From Rhynchobatus australiae (lineage: Eukaryota): a DNA stretch of 61,261 nt. A program made the position numbers and the translations under genes. Below the pieces are notes generated by a model. The model was not told the origin of the DNA, did not search any database, and saw nothing but the letters and a program-made list of their open reading frames with translations. The stretch lies in contig JAUZTB010000057.1 in assembly GCA_034780895.1 (NCBI GenBank), forward strand, positions 1,765,196 through 1,826,456, written 5' to 3'. This document shows, piece after piece, positions 24,417-37,194 of the stretch (the first letter of the stretch is position 1; each line of letters begins with the position of its first letter).

Positions 24417-25539
24417 GTAAGGAGAGTGGTGTGAGTGTCTGTCGTCTGCCTCAATGCATGAGTTGATCAGGGTACGGTAATATTTCTGGTGTATTACTTT
24501 GTTTCTGCAGGTTCCTTTTCCCGGCTGTTAATTGCACGTTTTTTGTAAAGCAACCTGCTTCTGAATAATAAATCAGCCCTTCCTCCAATTCTTTCCTCCT
24601 CCAACTTTGGGTATTTGTTGCAGCTGAAGAAAATTTATGCCTGTCATTAATGTTTGTAATGGTTGCTGGTACCCTGCTTTAGGAATAATAGAGACATAGT
24701 CTGAATATCACTTGTTGCACGTTCTGGATAGTCTAGTTTCTGGTACAGGTGCATCGCCATTCGCCTCATTGTTTTCTGAGGTCTGCCCCCCACCTCCCAG
24801 TGATGTCGGTGCTGATGCTGAATGTCTCGCGTATCCACACGCAGACCTTGGCTTCCAGCGCTAGTGTCGCTATCTGTCGGCAAGGCATCTCCTGCCTTCC
24901 ACCTCTGCTGCTCTGGTGGATCCTCGTGGATTCCCCAGGGCCGCACCATCTTCCTCAGGCACTTGGTTTTCGAACTGGAAAATCCACCCTTGAGCCTGTT
25001 CCAGGTTAAACCTGGCACGGCATGGCTGCCGCAGTCAATGAGGAGAGTCATCAGCTCCTGGGAGAAAAGTAACTCAGTGTGTTTTTATTATTGATTTGAA
25101 TTAGTTTCAATGATTTTTAGTAAATAGACATGCTGTTTAGATATTTAAATTTAAAGAAGTTTTATACATTTTTAATTTTTTAAGAATATTTACATGTCCT
25201 CTCTGGCTGGCTGCCCGTACTGACGGTCTCACTGGCCACCTGCCTGTGCTGACACTGAGGGCACTCAGCACTGGACCACATCAGAGTGCTGGCATCCGGC
25301 GTCCCTGACGCTGGAACAGCAGCTTGGCACAGGGGTAGGTGGCCAGCAGTTGTGGAAGATCTACCCCGTTAACTACTTGTTTCTGATTTAGTTTACAGAC
25401 TCTCACCAGATTTGGAACTGGCACGGGTGTGGTGATGGAGTCAGTGGAAGAGATGGAATCAGAGAGAGCTTTTGCTCATGAAATGTTTTTTTCACCTTTA
25501 GCAAGTGAGCCAAGAAGGCGGGGGAAGCAAATGTTCAAT

Positions 25540-25725
25540 AAAATCAAAAATCTGCAGATGCTGGAATCTGCAACAACTAGAGAAATGCTGGAAGAACTCA
25601 GCCAGTCGAGCAGTATCTGTGGGGAGAGAAACCGGACGGTGTTTCAGGTTGTAGACACTTTTTCAGTTCTGATGAAGGGTCTTGAACCTAAAACATTGAC
25701 TGGTTTCCCTTTCTGCAGATGCTGC
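25540..25725. mobile_element. palindromic Penelope-like element (PLE) terminal-repeat derivative
   Basis: inverted arms centred at ~25667: cagtatctgtggggagagaaacc...tttttcag versus ctgatgaagggtc...ggtttccctttctgcagatgctg; right part lost in gap. Confidence 0.7.
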
Positions 25726-25779
25726 NNNNNNNNNNNNNNNNNNNNNNNNNNNNNNNNNNNNNNNNNNNNNNNNNNNNNC

Positions 25780-26570
25780 TGAAATAAAAACAGAAACACT
25801 CAGCATGTCAGGCAGCATCTGTGGAAAGCAAATCTGTTAACGTTTCAAATCAGAGTTCATTCATCAGAACTGAACCAGAGAGAGAAGAGTTTTAAGTTAC
25901 AGAGAGGGTGAGCATATGGAATTATCTGTAATAAGGTGAGGTCAGGGGTGCTGTGGGGAAGGGTTTTGAATGGGACAATTAGTGACACACCAGTGTGATG
26001 TTTTGCAAGTAGCGGCTCAGAGCGAGATAATGAAGGTGGAATAAATGTGCTGATGGATAACTTGCAGCAAAAGCAGCCAGAGAAGGTCAGTTATCAGAAG
26101 CTGGAGAATTCAGTGTTGAGTCTGGAAGGCTGCAATGTCCCCAGGCACGAGATGAGGAGCTGTTCCTCAAGCTTGCATTGGATGTCATTGAACCAGTACA
26201 GAAGCTCACAAATGGAGAGGACAGAGTGGGATGGAAAACTAAAGTGGCAGGCAACAGGGAGTTCAGTATCACTCCTGCGGATGAGAATCGTACTGCAAAG
26301 TGATCGCCCAATCTGCATTTGGTTTCTTCCTTGTAGAGGAGATCACATTGTGAACACTGACTGCAGTAGATGATGTGCAAGTGAATCGCTGCTTCACCTG
26401 GGAAGACAGTGAAAGGGCAGGTGTTGCCTGGGGAAGTGCTGTAAGATGGGGAGCAGTTGTTGGTGACGGAAGAGCGCAGACCAAGGAGTCACAAAGAGAA
26501 CAGTCCTTTCGAAGCACTGAAAGGGAAGAGGAGATGTGTCTGGTAGCTGAATCTTGCTGGAGCAGCAAAT
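25780..26570 (-). mobile_element. Penelope-like element fragment, GIY-YIG endonuclease region plus 3' repeat
   Basis: QVKQRFTCTSS / IIYCSQCSQCDLLYKEETKCRLGDHF / LPVACHF...KLEEQLLISCLGTLQPSRLNTEFSSF in shifted frames. Confidence 0.85.
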
Positions 26571-29238
26571 CACTTGCGCCTCTGCCAGTCTAGGCTACTT
26601 GTACTGTTTGATTTGCACTTCAGTGGTTAATGGTTAGCTGGCTTGAAAAAACAAGATAATATATGCAGTCTGAATAGCCACCCCAACTAAAAATTAGGCA
26701 CACATTACCACAAAGAAACATGCTCTTCAGCCCAACAAATGGTTGTTTACCCTTAACGTGAACTGCATTTGAAGTCCATGGGCTCACCCCATGCACATAC
26801 CCCTTCACTCCTGACAAACAGTTGTCTAATCCAATCTTAACTGTTTACCTAATATTTGGTTCATTCACAAATACATTCCAAAGCCTCAACTCTCTGCCAG
26901 TAGAAAGCAGTTCCAGTTGTTCCGTGCAGTGGTAACAGCAGTTAGAAAGTAACGGTGATATGGTGCATTTGAATTTTCAGAAGGACTGTAAGACCACACT
27001 GGGTAAGGACTGTGGGCTCAGGTTGCTCAGGAAGGGGCAGGGCATGGCAGCTCACTCTAATAACACTGGCATGAAGTTATCCCATTTCACAATGCCTGGG
27101 GGTGTGTGAAGTACAGCATTTTAAAAAGGGTTATTGGATGGTAGAAATAAAGGGCTGGAACTTTGCAAAATAATACTTTCGACACTTAAGGTCAAGAACA
27201 GAATGTCAATCTAAACCCACATCCAGTCTTGGAAACTGTATCGTGAAGTTTCTTTGAGTGTTATCTATACTTGTAGGAGAGTAGCTCAGCTGGGAGTACA
27301 GTTGTCTTATATGCCAGACTCTGGCACTGGTTATGCACCTCGTGACTGGGCATTGAAAAGGTAACCATCAGAAAGGAGCAAAAAAGTAACCTAGTTACTT
27401 AGCCATTGAGGAAGTATGATGAGACCAACTGCTGGTCAGCCTGAGATGATATTCCTACTGCTTACGGAAGCTGCAAAGATATGGATAGATGCAAGGACAG
27501 GCAGCGCACAATAACATTGATTAGAACTGTTGGTCAAATTGGTGGACAGGCTTATCTTCTGTCCCTGAAGTGTGTTATGACTTGTTGTGTATTATATCAG
27601 AGAATGGTTGCAGCCTAGAAGGAGACCATTCAACCCATCGTTCCATGGTGTAGACTGAGAGTTTTCCAGAATAACTTCCCCAATCAGTCTCTATCCAGCT
27701 ATTGCCTGTCGGTCAGTGCATGTTGCGATGCTTCCCATTTTAATTGCCTCTCATTTCCCTTTACTGGCTGTCTGTGTTTCTGTGAACTAATTGAATCATT
27801 GGATCATCTGTCCTGCAGTCACTGCTCGAGCTGCCTCTTTTGTTTGAGTATTGCTGGATATAAACTTTATTTTTGAAAGCACACACGTCCTTTATAAAAG
27901 CGTAAGGAGTAGGTGGGAAAGGAAGACATCTCGATTATATAAAGAGTTTCACGAGAAGTGCCGGTACTGAAAATTGACCGGGAAAACGAGTACACCACAG
28001 CTATAAAAGGAAAGAAAATTGAAAGAAAATGAGATTTGGAGAACATGCTCTCTGCATTTTACACAGTTGTAATATGCTTTGTAACTTTTCCCCTTCCTCC
28101 TTTCCACTTCTGTTGTGTGGTGTAATGGTCAGTGGAAGAACAAAATCTCACTAAAGGAAGAATGATCAGGGCATGGGAAGGAGTGCAGCACATTTCAGTC
28201 GGTAAAACAAGCATGTGGCACCATTGTGCAGGTTCAGCTCCATCATCCTCAAGGCAACAAAACCTGATGCAATATGTTTAATTAAAATTTAATGTTAAAA
28301 TGTTGTCATTCCCTCTGAAAGATTATGAATGAATATCAGATGAGGGCAAGATCAGGCCCAGCAGGGGAATCCACTGACACACAAGGGCAATCTCATGCAT
28401 GTTGAATGGCTCATTGGACTGAGTTATCAGAGGCTACCAGCAAGCATCAGGGGAAAGGGTGGAAGATGTATGTGCTGCAGACACTAGCATTGTCCCCCAG
28501 TTCAGTAATGTCTAAAAGCCTACTCACAAAGCATGTTATCAATGACGATAATCTATCAGCCTGATCAGTGGGCATGTGGTCATCATTTTCATCTACATCC
28601 TGTACCCATGCAAACTTCAGAACCTTTTTGTGCAGTTGTTGGTAAAACAGTCAGGTGAAAAACAGTGTCTGTTTGTACCTTTTAATCATTGAATATTTAC
28701 TTGGGTTAAAAATGGTGCTTGACGTTTTTTTTGTAAATGTATGCAAAGTACATTTAAGAGTGTGGTTAAAATGCTTTCTGTTGAAGTTAGTGGTAACGTA
28801 GCTAAAATGCGGCTGCAGTAACTACGTTTGAGATCATCTACCAATTTCTATTGTTTAGCACCATTGTAGAGTTTAACAGATGTGTGAGATGCTGAGGTTT
28901 AATCTGAATTCTTTTCCATCTCCCATCAAAAGCAGATCTGAAATGAACTTTTTTTTCTTGGATGAAACGAGCCTATGAGTTAATTCCAGTGGGAGCAGAA
29001 AAGCGAGTCTCTTTATTTTTCCCATTAGATTCTGGGTGTGTTTACACTGGCTTTGCTTTTCCCTGTCGGGTATGCCACACAACAGAAATGCTTAATATAA
29101 CAGAAGTTAGTGACAGCTGCATGCTGCCCTTCACTGAAGACTGTGAGCCCACAGAGGACGTGTGTGCTTCCTTTTGGTCCTTGCAGCACTGCATTCTTGT
29201 TTTGCGATTATTTGTCTGTTGTCCCTCTGTCCTCAAAG

Positions 29239-29346
29239 ATGATGTCTTCTATGACCCGCACTGTGCGACCACGGTTCCCACCTGCCTCTGTTGCATCGTC
29301 CACGCCTCAAAACTCCATTCCTCTGGGAGGACAGCAAATGGCACAG
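29239..29346 (+). CDS. MED15: MED15 exon (~exon 9): MMSSMTRTVRPRFPPASVASSTPQNSIPLGGQQMAQ
   Basis: ctctgtcctcaaag|ATGATG...GCACAG|gtattt; 108 nt, phase 0 to 0; RFPP and SIPLG..MAQ motifs match human. Confidence 0.9.
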
Positions 29347-32300
29347 GTATTTAACTGTACTGCAGGCTGGTCTGTAGGTTGACTTGTGGGTAGTGCTTGA
29401 TTTTAGTGCTTCAGGTTTGGATTATTTAAACCAAAGGTTTGACTGAACTGTCATGAAATTCTGTTTGGTTGTCTCAATATTTTTAACTCATTGTGTTTCG
29501 AGTAAGTGCTGCTTCTCTCTAAGATTAGGGCCAAAGCAAACTTTACTCTTTGCATTCAATTCAGTAATTCCTCCCCTGCCACTGTGGTCCTGTTTCATCA
29601 TTTGAAATGTGTGAAGATTGGGGATGGGTGAGGTGAGGAGTATGTAGGTTCATCGTGTGAGTGCAGCTTAGCAGCACCCAGCATTACAGCGCAGAGTGGG
29701 GAATGACCATCACTACGAGAATGGAAAGAAACGATCTTAGGCAAACTCCTTATCCTATTGGAAGCACCAAAGTAAGACTTAGTTTGGGCAAATTTTGATA
29801 AAACCCTTGAAGATTTTATGGATCATGTTCAAGTCTGATTGAAGACGATCTACATGATCTGCTATGTCTTGTTGATGTCATATAGGAATGAGACACTGTA
29901 TGTGGTGCAATCAGATCACCACCACTTTGTTTTCATCAAGTGCCCAAGTAAAAAGCAAACTTTCAAGTTCCCAGGGTGTTTTGTTGATAGAATCTAGCAT
30001 TTGTGATTCTTGAGATCCACAGACCAGGAAATTGCAGGCTTTAATACACCTTGGTTAGGGAGGGGGAATTTAGCCAAAGCTCCTGTTGCTACTTCGGCCC
30101 AGCCACTTCCCAGTCCCCACTTTGTAAAGTATGCATTTACACATGCCGGAATTGTTTGGAATGTCCTTGCATGGTTGAACAGCCTCAGGTACTCAGCAGT
30201 CATTTGGGCACGTGGGATAGGAACGTGGAGGCGGGAGGGATATGGGGAGTGGAGGAGGGGGTCATGTTTGCTCATACAACCCTTGTGCCATGCCAATAAG
30301 GGGCGTAATGGGGAGAAGAGGGCAGTAGGTTGGAGCATTAAAGGGCTTCTGTGTCTTTTAGGAACATCTGTGTCCATAATCCATATTGCTGCCACATTTG
30401 CTTGATCAAAATACTCTGGGTTAAATTTAATTTTTGTTTTCAAAATCATCTAAATTTCAAGAAGGGTGAAATGAACAATTTGCTGAATTAGAATTTTGAA
30501 GAAATGAGGGCTTGGAAGAGCTGAGGTTTCACCCAGTCAGCTTTCCAAAACTGGTGTTAATTTGGGGTTTGAACAATACAGCACAATACAATGTGGTCTC
30601 GGATTTCTCTGTTGCATTAATTTTTGGTTTTGAAACCCAGCACATGTTAATGTGTAACTGCAGCTTCAGATTATATATCAGTGTGATGTTTATTTCGTTA
30701 ATGCCTTTTGGCTATTGAAAGCAAATTAATTCAAAGCAACTGTGGGCAGAAACTTGCCTCAATTTGGTCATGTTGGCATTTGTCACAGTCTGCCTCAGAG
30801 TGTCAGCTTACGGAACCATGTTTATAGATTGCTCATTTTCTTTTAATCATATTTCCACTTAGAACGTATAAATAAGTTTAACGTAGCCTTTTATTTCTAG
30901 CATTGGAAAGTTGCGAACTGCATGACTGCCATAATGTTCCTCTTGATGTGCATCGGTGGTGCATGGTTCACGCCTCTGTTGCTCACTTGAGGCTTTATCT
31001 TGCAGCATTATAAGTACTGCCTGTGCATTTCATCAGAATTCAGAAGCATTCTTTATTGCAATATCAATGTTTCTCAATGTGACACCCGCCCCCCAGCTCT
31101 ATGGCTGGTTAACTCCTACAACCTGTTGGAAGGTCATACCATTCCGTACATCAGGCAGAGGTATTGTGGTGGTGTCTGAGGGCAGCTTGCCAGTGCACTG
31201 CTCAGTTGTGTGGAGTTTTGCTACTATAGATCTTATTATAAAAGCAGGAAAAAAGAGGAGTACAGAGTCAGGACAGAACAGTTCATCACAGGAGCAAGCT
31301 CTTCAGCCCACAAAGTCTGCAAAAAACATCTACAAACATAGATTGACAGTTAAAGTACCTGTAAAAGAGGAATTTATTTTTAATGTAATTTGAAAAGTAG
31401 GTGCTTTACAACATGTGTCATGTGTTTAAGACATTTAATTATGAGGGAATGCAACTAACACTGCCCAAAGCAGCTTAAATGATTGCTGTTCNNNNNNNNN
31501 NATTGTATGAGCATTCCGTGCTCAGTGAAACAAAACTCTGTAGCTTAGTCTGATAGGTCGAGGTAACATTTGGATAGGATATGGAATGTACTTGGGTCCT
31601 CCACATTAACTTCAGGGAAGGGCTCTGGGCTCATGTTGCAGCACGCTTCCAGTATGTACTTTTAACAAAGGTTTGTCTCTCCCATGTGGCCCAGAAATCA
31701 AATTGCATGTACGTGCAATGTAAGTAACGTCGGCTGAAATTAATTTTCAATTTATTTGCTTTCAGGTTGTCTTGAGTTGGATAAGAGATTAGTGTTGGGT
31801 TATGCAATGAGTCCTGCCACAATCCTGTTGGATCATGGTTGAGGTTCATATATAGAGGCATTCAAACTGTCTAACAGATTTCCACCCAATTCCATTCCAG
31901 CCCAGGTTGTAGGACTGGCCGGAGCCTTGTGTTAAATGATTTTATGCAGTTTGAAGCCACTTCATCCAAGACAGACTTGTTGCTTCAACCTGTCCACTAA
32001 CTGCTCCCTTCTCAACAGTAGCCAGTTCATGGGTTCAGAGAGTTGTTCGCTGTGCCGTCATCAGGATCCCCTATAGTGAGAAGGATTGGAACCCTTTGGG
32101 TTCAGTCAGCTGGATGAGTAGGCAGCCACACCATGACTCTGCCTCTAGTTACCTTTCCTTGAAGATTTGTACTACTCTACGAGTTGTGTTTTGAAATGCT
32201 CTGTATGGATGGTTTTCAAAACAAAGTTATTCACTGTATCTCGATACTTGTGACAATAATATTCCAATTTATTTAGCAAAAGACCAAGAATTACACACGA

Positions 32301-32599
32301 GCATGACAAAAGGGAGTGAGTTGGATTGTTAGGGTTTGCTGTGTTTAATCAAACATGATAAATTACATTAGCCTCATCAATAATTTTTGCCAATCACTCT
32401 TCAGTCTCTCACTTCAAGTGTTCCAGAAGTGCAAATGCTGACATGGTGCAGATTCAAATACCCACCATTCAAATTCAAACATTCAAATACCCCCGATATT
32501 TCTGATTATTTTAAATGAATAGTTGGATGGCACAGTGGTGGCTGGAAGAGGGTGGGAACTAGCAGCAGAAGTTTTGACTTCTGTATGCTTCACTTACTG

Positions 32600-33700
32600 A
32601 CTTACCGTGTCCATGCCAACCAGTGGGCACCCATTTGTGTTAATCCCATCTTCCAGCACTTGGCCCCTAGCCTTCTATGCCTGGGTGATACAAGTGCTTG
32701 TCTAGACTTATTAAATGTTGTCAGTGACCCTGCTTGCACCACTCTCTCAGGCAGTGTGTTCAGGTACTTGTCACTCTCTGGGTGAGAAAGATCCCCTCTA
32801 AATCTCTTGCCACTTACTCTAAATCTACATCCTCTAGTTTCATTCACCTCTGATAACGGAAAAATCTTCTGCAGCCTACCATATTGATACCTTTCATAAT
32901 TTTATATACCTCAATCATTCTCCCCTTAACCACACTCTCTCCAGGGAAAACATTCTTGACCTCTCGTCTCTCCTCATAACTGACGTCTCATTCTTTAATC
33001 TGCTTCCCAGCTCCTCATCCTTTTTACCTCTGTCATTAGCCCTAGTTGAACCACAACTGACTACTTACCGTCCTTCCATAGGATGCCCTGACATCAGGGA
33101 GGTAGTACATCATCCTGGATTCACGTCTAAGGCTGCAGAAGTGTCTGCCTCATTGAAATGTAGAAGTGTACAACTTAGAAATGAGCGCTTTTGGCCCACC
33201 TCAGCCATGCTAACTGGTGCCTATCTACACTAATCTTGTTTGCCTGAATTAGGTTTGTATCCATTTATGCCGTTCCTATCTAAGTACTGGCCCAAACATC
33301 TTTTAAATGTTGCAATTGTATCAGCCTTTAGCAGCTCGTTCCAGATAACCACCACCCTCTGTGCGAGACACTCAGATCTACTTTAAGATTCTCCCTTCTC
33401 ACCTTAAACCTGTCTCCTCTGGTTCTAGACTCTCCTATCCTGGAGAAAAAAAAAATCTGACTAGCTAACCTGTCCAAGGCCGTCATAATTTTATAAATCT
33501 CTATAAACCTTCAGCTGGTGAGAACAAACCCTGCCTAACCAATCTCCTTAAAACTATAGCCAGTCAACATTCTCCTTAATCTCCTCTGCACTCTCTATTG
33601 CTACCACATTCCTTCCTATAGTGTGGTGACCAGAACTGTACACAAGACTCCAAGTGAATGTTTTGTACAACTGCAGCGTGACTCTTGTACTCAAAGTCTA
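32600..33700 (-). mobile_element. two CR1 LINE 3' fragments (~32600-33000 and ~33170-33700)
   Basis: ORF 32602-32847(-) TRGCRFRVSGKRFRGD...NTLPERVVQAGSLTTF; ggtgaccagaactgtacaca. Confidence 0.75.
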
Positions 33701-33874
33701 TGCTATTACCTTTAGGCTCTTGCTGCTCCCCCCTTGTGCAGCTGAGCCACTCACTGTGCTGTCACCTTGGGTCTAGTTGGGCTCAGAGGAACATTCACAC
33801 TCGTTTTTCAACACGGTTTCCCTGACCTCTTTCATCTGCCTGGCGGTCACCCAATCCTACTGTAAACGCATTAT

Positions 33875-36150
33875 AGAGTCATAAATTCCTACAGCACAGA
33901 AACAAGCCCTTTGGCCCAATTGGTCCATGCCAGCCAACATTCCCATCTAAGCTAGTCCCAGTGTTCCTATCCATGTACCTGTCCGAGTACTTTTTAAATG
34001 TTGTTAATGTACCTGCCTCAACCACTTCCTCTGGCAGCTCATTCCATATACTGAATGCTCTCTGGGTGNNNNNNNNNNNNNNNNNNNNNNNNNNNNNNNN
34101 NNNNNNNNNNNNNNNNNNNNNNNNNNNNNNNNNNNNNNNNNNNNNNNNNNNNNNNNNNNNNNNNNNNNGTTGTTAATGTACCTGCCTCAACCACCCGCAT
34201 AGATACCACCTTTTGTGTAAGAAGAAAATGTTGCCCCTCAAGTTCCTATTAACTTTCTCCCCTCTCACCTTAAACCTATGCCCTCTACTTCTTGATTTCC
34301 CCAACACTGGGAAAAAGACTGTGTACATTCACCCAATCTATGCCCCTCATGATTTTATTCACCTTTATAAGATCACTCCTCATTCTCCTATGTTCCAGTG
34401 ATAAAAGTCCCAAACTGCTCAACCTCTCTCGTAACTCAATCCCTTGAGTCCTGGCAATATCCTCATAAATCTCCTCTGCACTCTTTTCAGCTTAATGGCA
34501 TCTTTCCTATAGAGGGGTGACCAAAACTGAACACAGTATTCCAAATGCGGCCTCACCAACACCTTGTACAACTGCAACATAACATCCCAACTTCTACACA
34601 GTGCCTTGATTGATAAAGGCCAGTGTGCCAAAAGCCGTTTTAACACCCTATCTGCCTGCGACGCCACTTTCAGGGAGCCATGTACTTGTACTCCTAGGTC
34701 CCTCTGTTCCACAACACTCCCCCGGGGCCCGACCATTCACTGTGAATGTCCTACCCTCATTTGTCTTCCCAAAATGCAACACCTTGTAGTTATCCAAATT
34801 AAACTCCATTTGCCATTCCTCAGCCTGCTTACCCAGCTGATCAAGATCCTGTTGTAGATCCTGATAAATACCTTCACTGTCAATGACACCACCTATTTCA
34901 TTGTCATCTGCAAAGTTACTAACCCTGCCTTGTACATTCTCATTCAAATCATTGATATAGATGACAAATAGCAATGGGCCTAACACCGAGGCCTGGGAAA
35001 CACCACTAGTCACGAGCCTCCAGTCCAAGACACAACCTTCCACCATCACCCTCTGCTTCCTACTGTCAAGCCAATTGTGTATCCAGTTAGCCAGCTCTCC
35101 TTGGATCCTGTGCGATCTGACTTCCTCTAGCAGCCTACCATGCAGAACCTTAGCAAAGGCCTTACTGAAATCCATATAGACCACATCTACCACCCTGCCC
35201 TCATCGAGCTTCTTGGTTACTTATTCAAAAAAACTCAATCAAATTCATGAGACGTGATCTCCCATGCACAGAGCCATGCTGACTATCCCTAATTAACCCT
35301 TGTCTTTCCAAATGTTTGTATATCTTGTCCCTCAGAGGCCCCTCTAGTAACTTGTCTACCACAGAATACTCTGGTCTGTAGTTGCCAAGTTATTCTTTGT
35401 AGCTCTTCTTAAATAAATGCACATCATTAACCACCCTCCAGGTCTTCTGGCACTGATGCATGTATCTCAGCCGGGGCTCCCACAATTTCTTCTCCAGCTT
35501 CCCACAGTGTTCTTGGATATACCTGATCAGGCCCAAGAGATTTATCTACCTTTGTACATTTTCAGACGTCCAGTAGCTCCTCTGCTGGAATGCAGACTAT
35601 CCCCAGGTCCTCCCCAATAACTATCTCAAGGTCTGAAGTCTTCATGTCTCTCTCCACAGTAAAAACTGGAGAAATATTCATTGAGCACCTCGCCCATCCA
35701 CTTTGGTCTTTGAGGGGCTCTATTCTCTCACTAGTTACTCTTTTTCCCTTAATGTATTTATAACGAATCCATAGATTCTCCTTAATCTTCTCTGCCAAAG
35801 CTACCTCATGCCCCCTTTTTGCCCTTCTGATTTCCTTCTTGAGTACACTCCTGCATCCCCTATTCTCCTTCTGACTCCATTTTCCTGACCAGAGCCTCGA
35901 TATCCCTCATCATCCAGGGTTCCCTACTCCTGCCAGCTTTGCCCTTCATTGTAACGGGAACGTGCAGATCTTGAACTCTCGATATGTCACTTTAAATGCC
36001 AGACATCCCTTAGCCTGCAAACAACCTACTCCAATCAACAAGTTCCTGTCTAATACTGTCAAAATTTGCCTTGCCCCAATTTAGAACTTAAACTTGTAGA
36101 CCAGATCTGTCCCTTTCCATAACTAATTTAAAACTAATAGAACTATGGTC
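33875..36150 (-). mobile_element. long 5'-truncated CR1 LINE (~2.3 kb)
   Basis: VDVVYMDFSKAF, VTSGVSQASVLGPLLFVIYINDL, FADD, RDLGVQVH and LVRPHLEYCVQFWSP in ORFs 34648-35193 and 34419-34736. Confidence 0.92.
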
Positions 36151-37194
36151 TGTTGCTTTCCTAATTACTTGCAGAACCTGCACATCAGTCTTCTGAAAAT
36201 CAGATCCCTCTCCATCTCAGAGACCCACTGTTAAATAAGATGCTTCTTTATCTTTCCTTTGCCAGATCTTTACCCACTCACCCTGTCTATGCACCAAGGG
36301 CAAATGTATCACCCCCACCAGTGACTTCACGAGAGACATCCTTATAACTTGTAATAAACACCACTCGTTACATCCTACTGACCACAAGCAGTCCCCATAG
36401 CAGCTTCTGTTGCCTTCCACTGAGTTTGATATGTAACCCTGCACCTTTGAGAATTATTTTAATTAAATATGTAATTTTAAAATTAATTTAAATTGCCTTG
36501 GTTACACTCACCTCTCCAGCTTTTATGTTATGGACATAAATTATTTTTCATAAGGATGGATTTCAAAACATTCCATTTGCTGTTTACGTGCACAACAGAA
36601 ATACTCTGTCAATCTTGGTTCTGTCAAGTGAATTCAATAAAATAAAATTCAATGAACAGCCTCCTACCCAGCCCCTGGAGGGTACAATTTTGTAGAATAA
36701 ATGTACTGAATGAAAAAGAATGACAACTTGTTGGTGGTATATCATAATTTTCTCACTTCCCTAGGTCTTCACTGTCTGAACTTTGATCCTTGTCTGACAA
36801 GGCACTTGTTTGTGTGATGCTTTGAGGATATCCTTTATGCAGTATTATATCCTATAGTTTTAGGTAGCCTTTTGTATATTCCTTGGTGATACATATTCTT
36901 CTGTTGGGTTTGCCATATCCCATTGTTCAGATATTTTGTATGAGGTTTTAGTTACCTTTGGATTGCTTAGGATATAACTTTGATTGGGGTATTTGCTGCA
37001 CTGATTTAGTATATCTCATGGTTTTCATTTCTTTTCCCTTTACCTAACTCAGGTTATTGAAACCAGTTCTTACACCTTAGCTGCTAAAACCTAACTGAGT
37101 GGAGGATGGATCTCCATGTCTGTGTGTTCAGTACCATTGTTGTGTGCTGGCTAATGAGGGGCTTAAACTTAAGTAAACATTAGTGAGATCAGTG

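Noticed and set aside
27417-27445. ATGATGA...CTGA box C/D-like pair
   Set aside because: The boxes are too close for a snoRNA and no terminal stem is evident.
31741-31795. Acceptor-like site (tttgctttcag|) giving VVLSWIRD-stop; similar sites at ~36764, ~37052 and ~39859
   Set aside because: No convincing paired donor or poly(A) context; such sites are common by chance in AT-rich introns.
34648-35193. 181-aa reverse-transcriptase ORF as a possible domesticated or novel RT system
   Set aside because: Ordinary CR1 ORF2 fragment with degraded motifs (GVSQAS for GVPQGS) and frameshifts on both sides.
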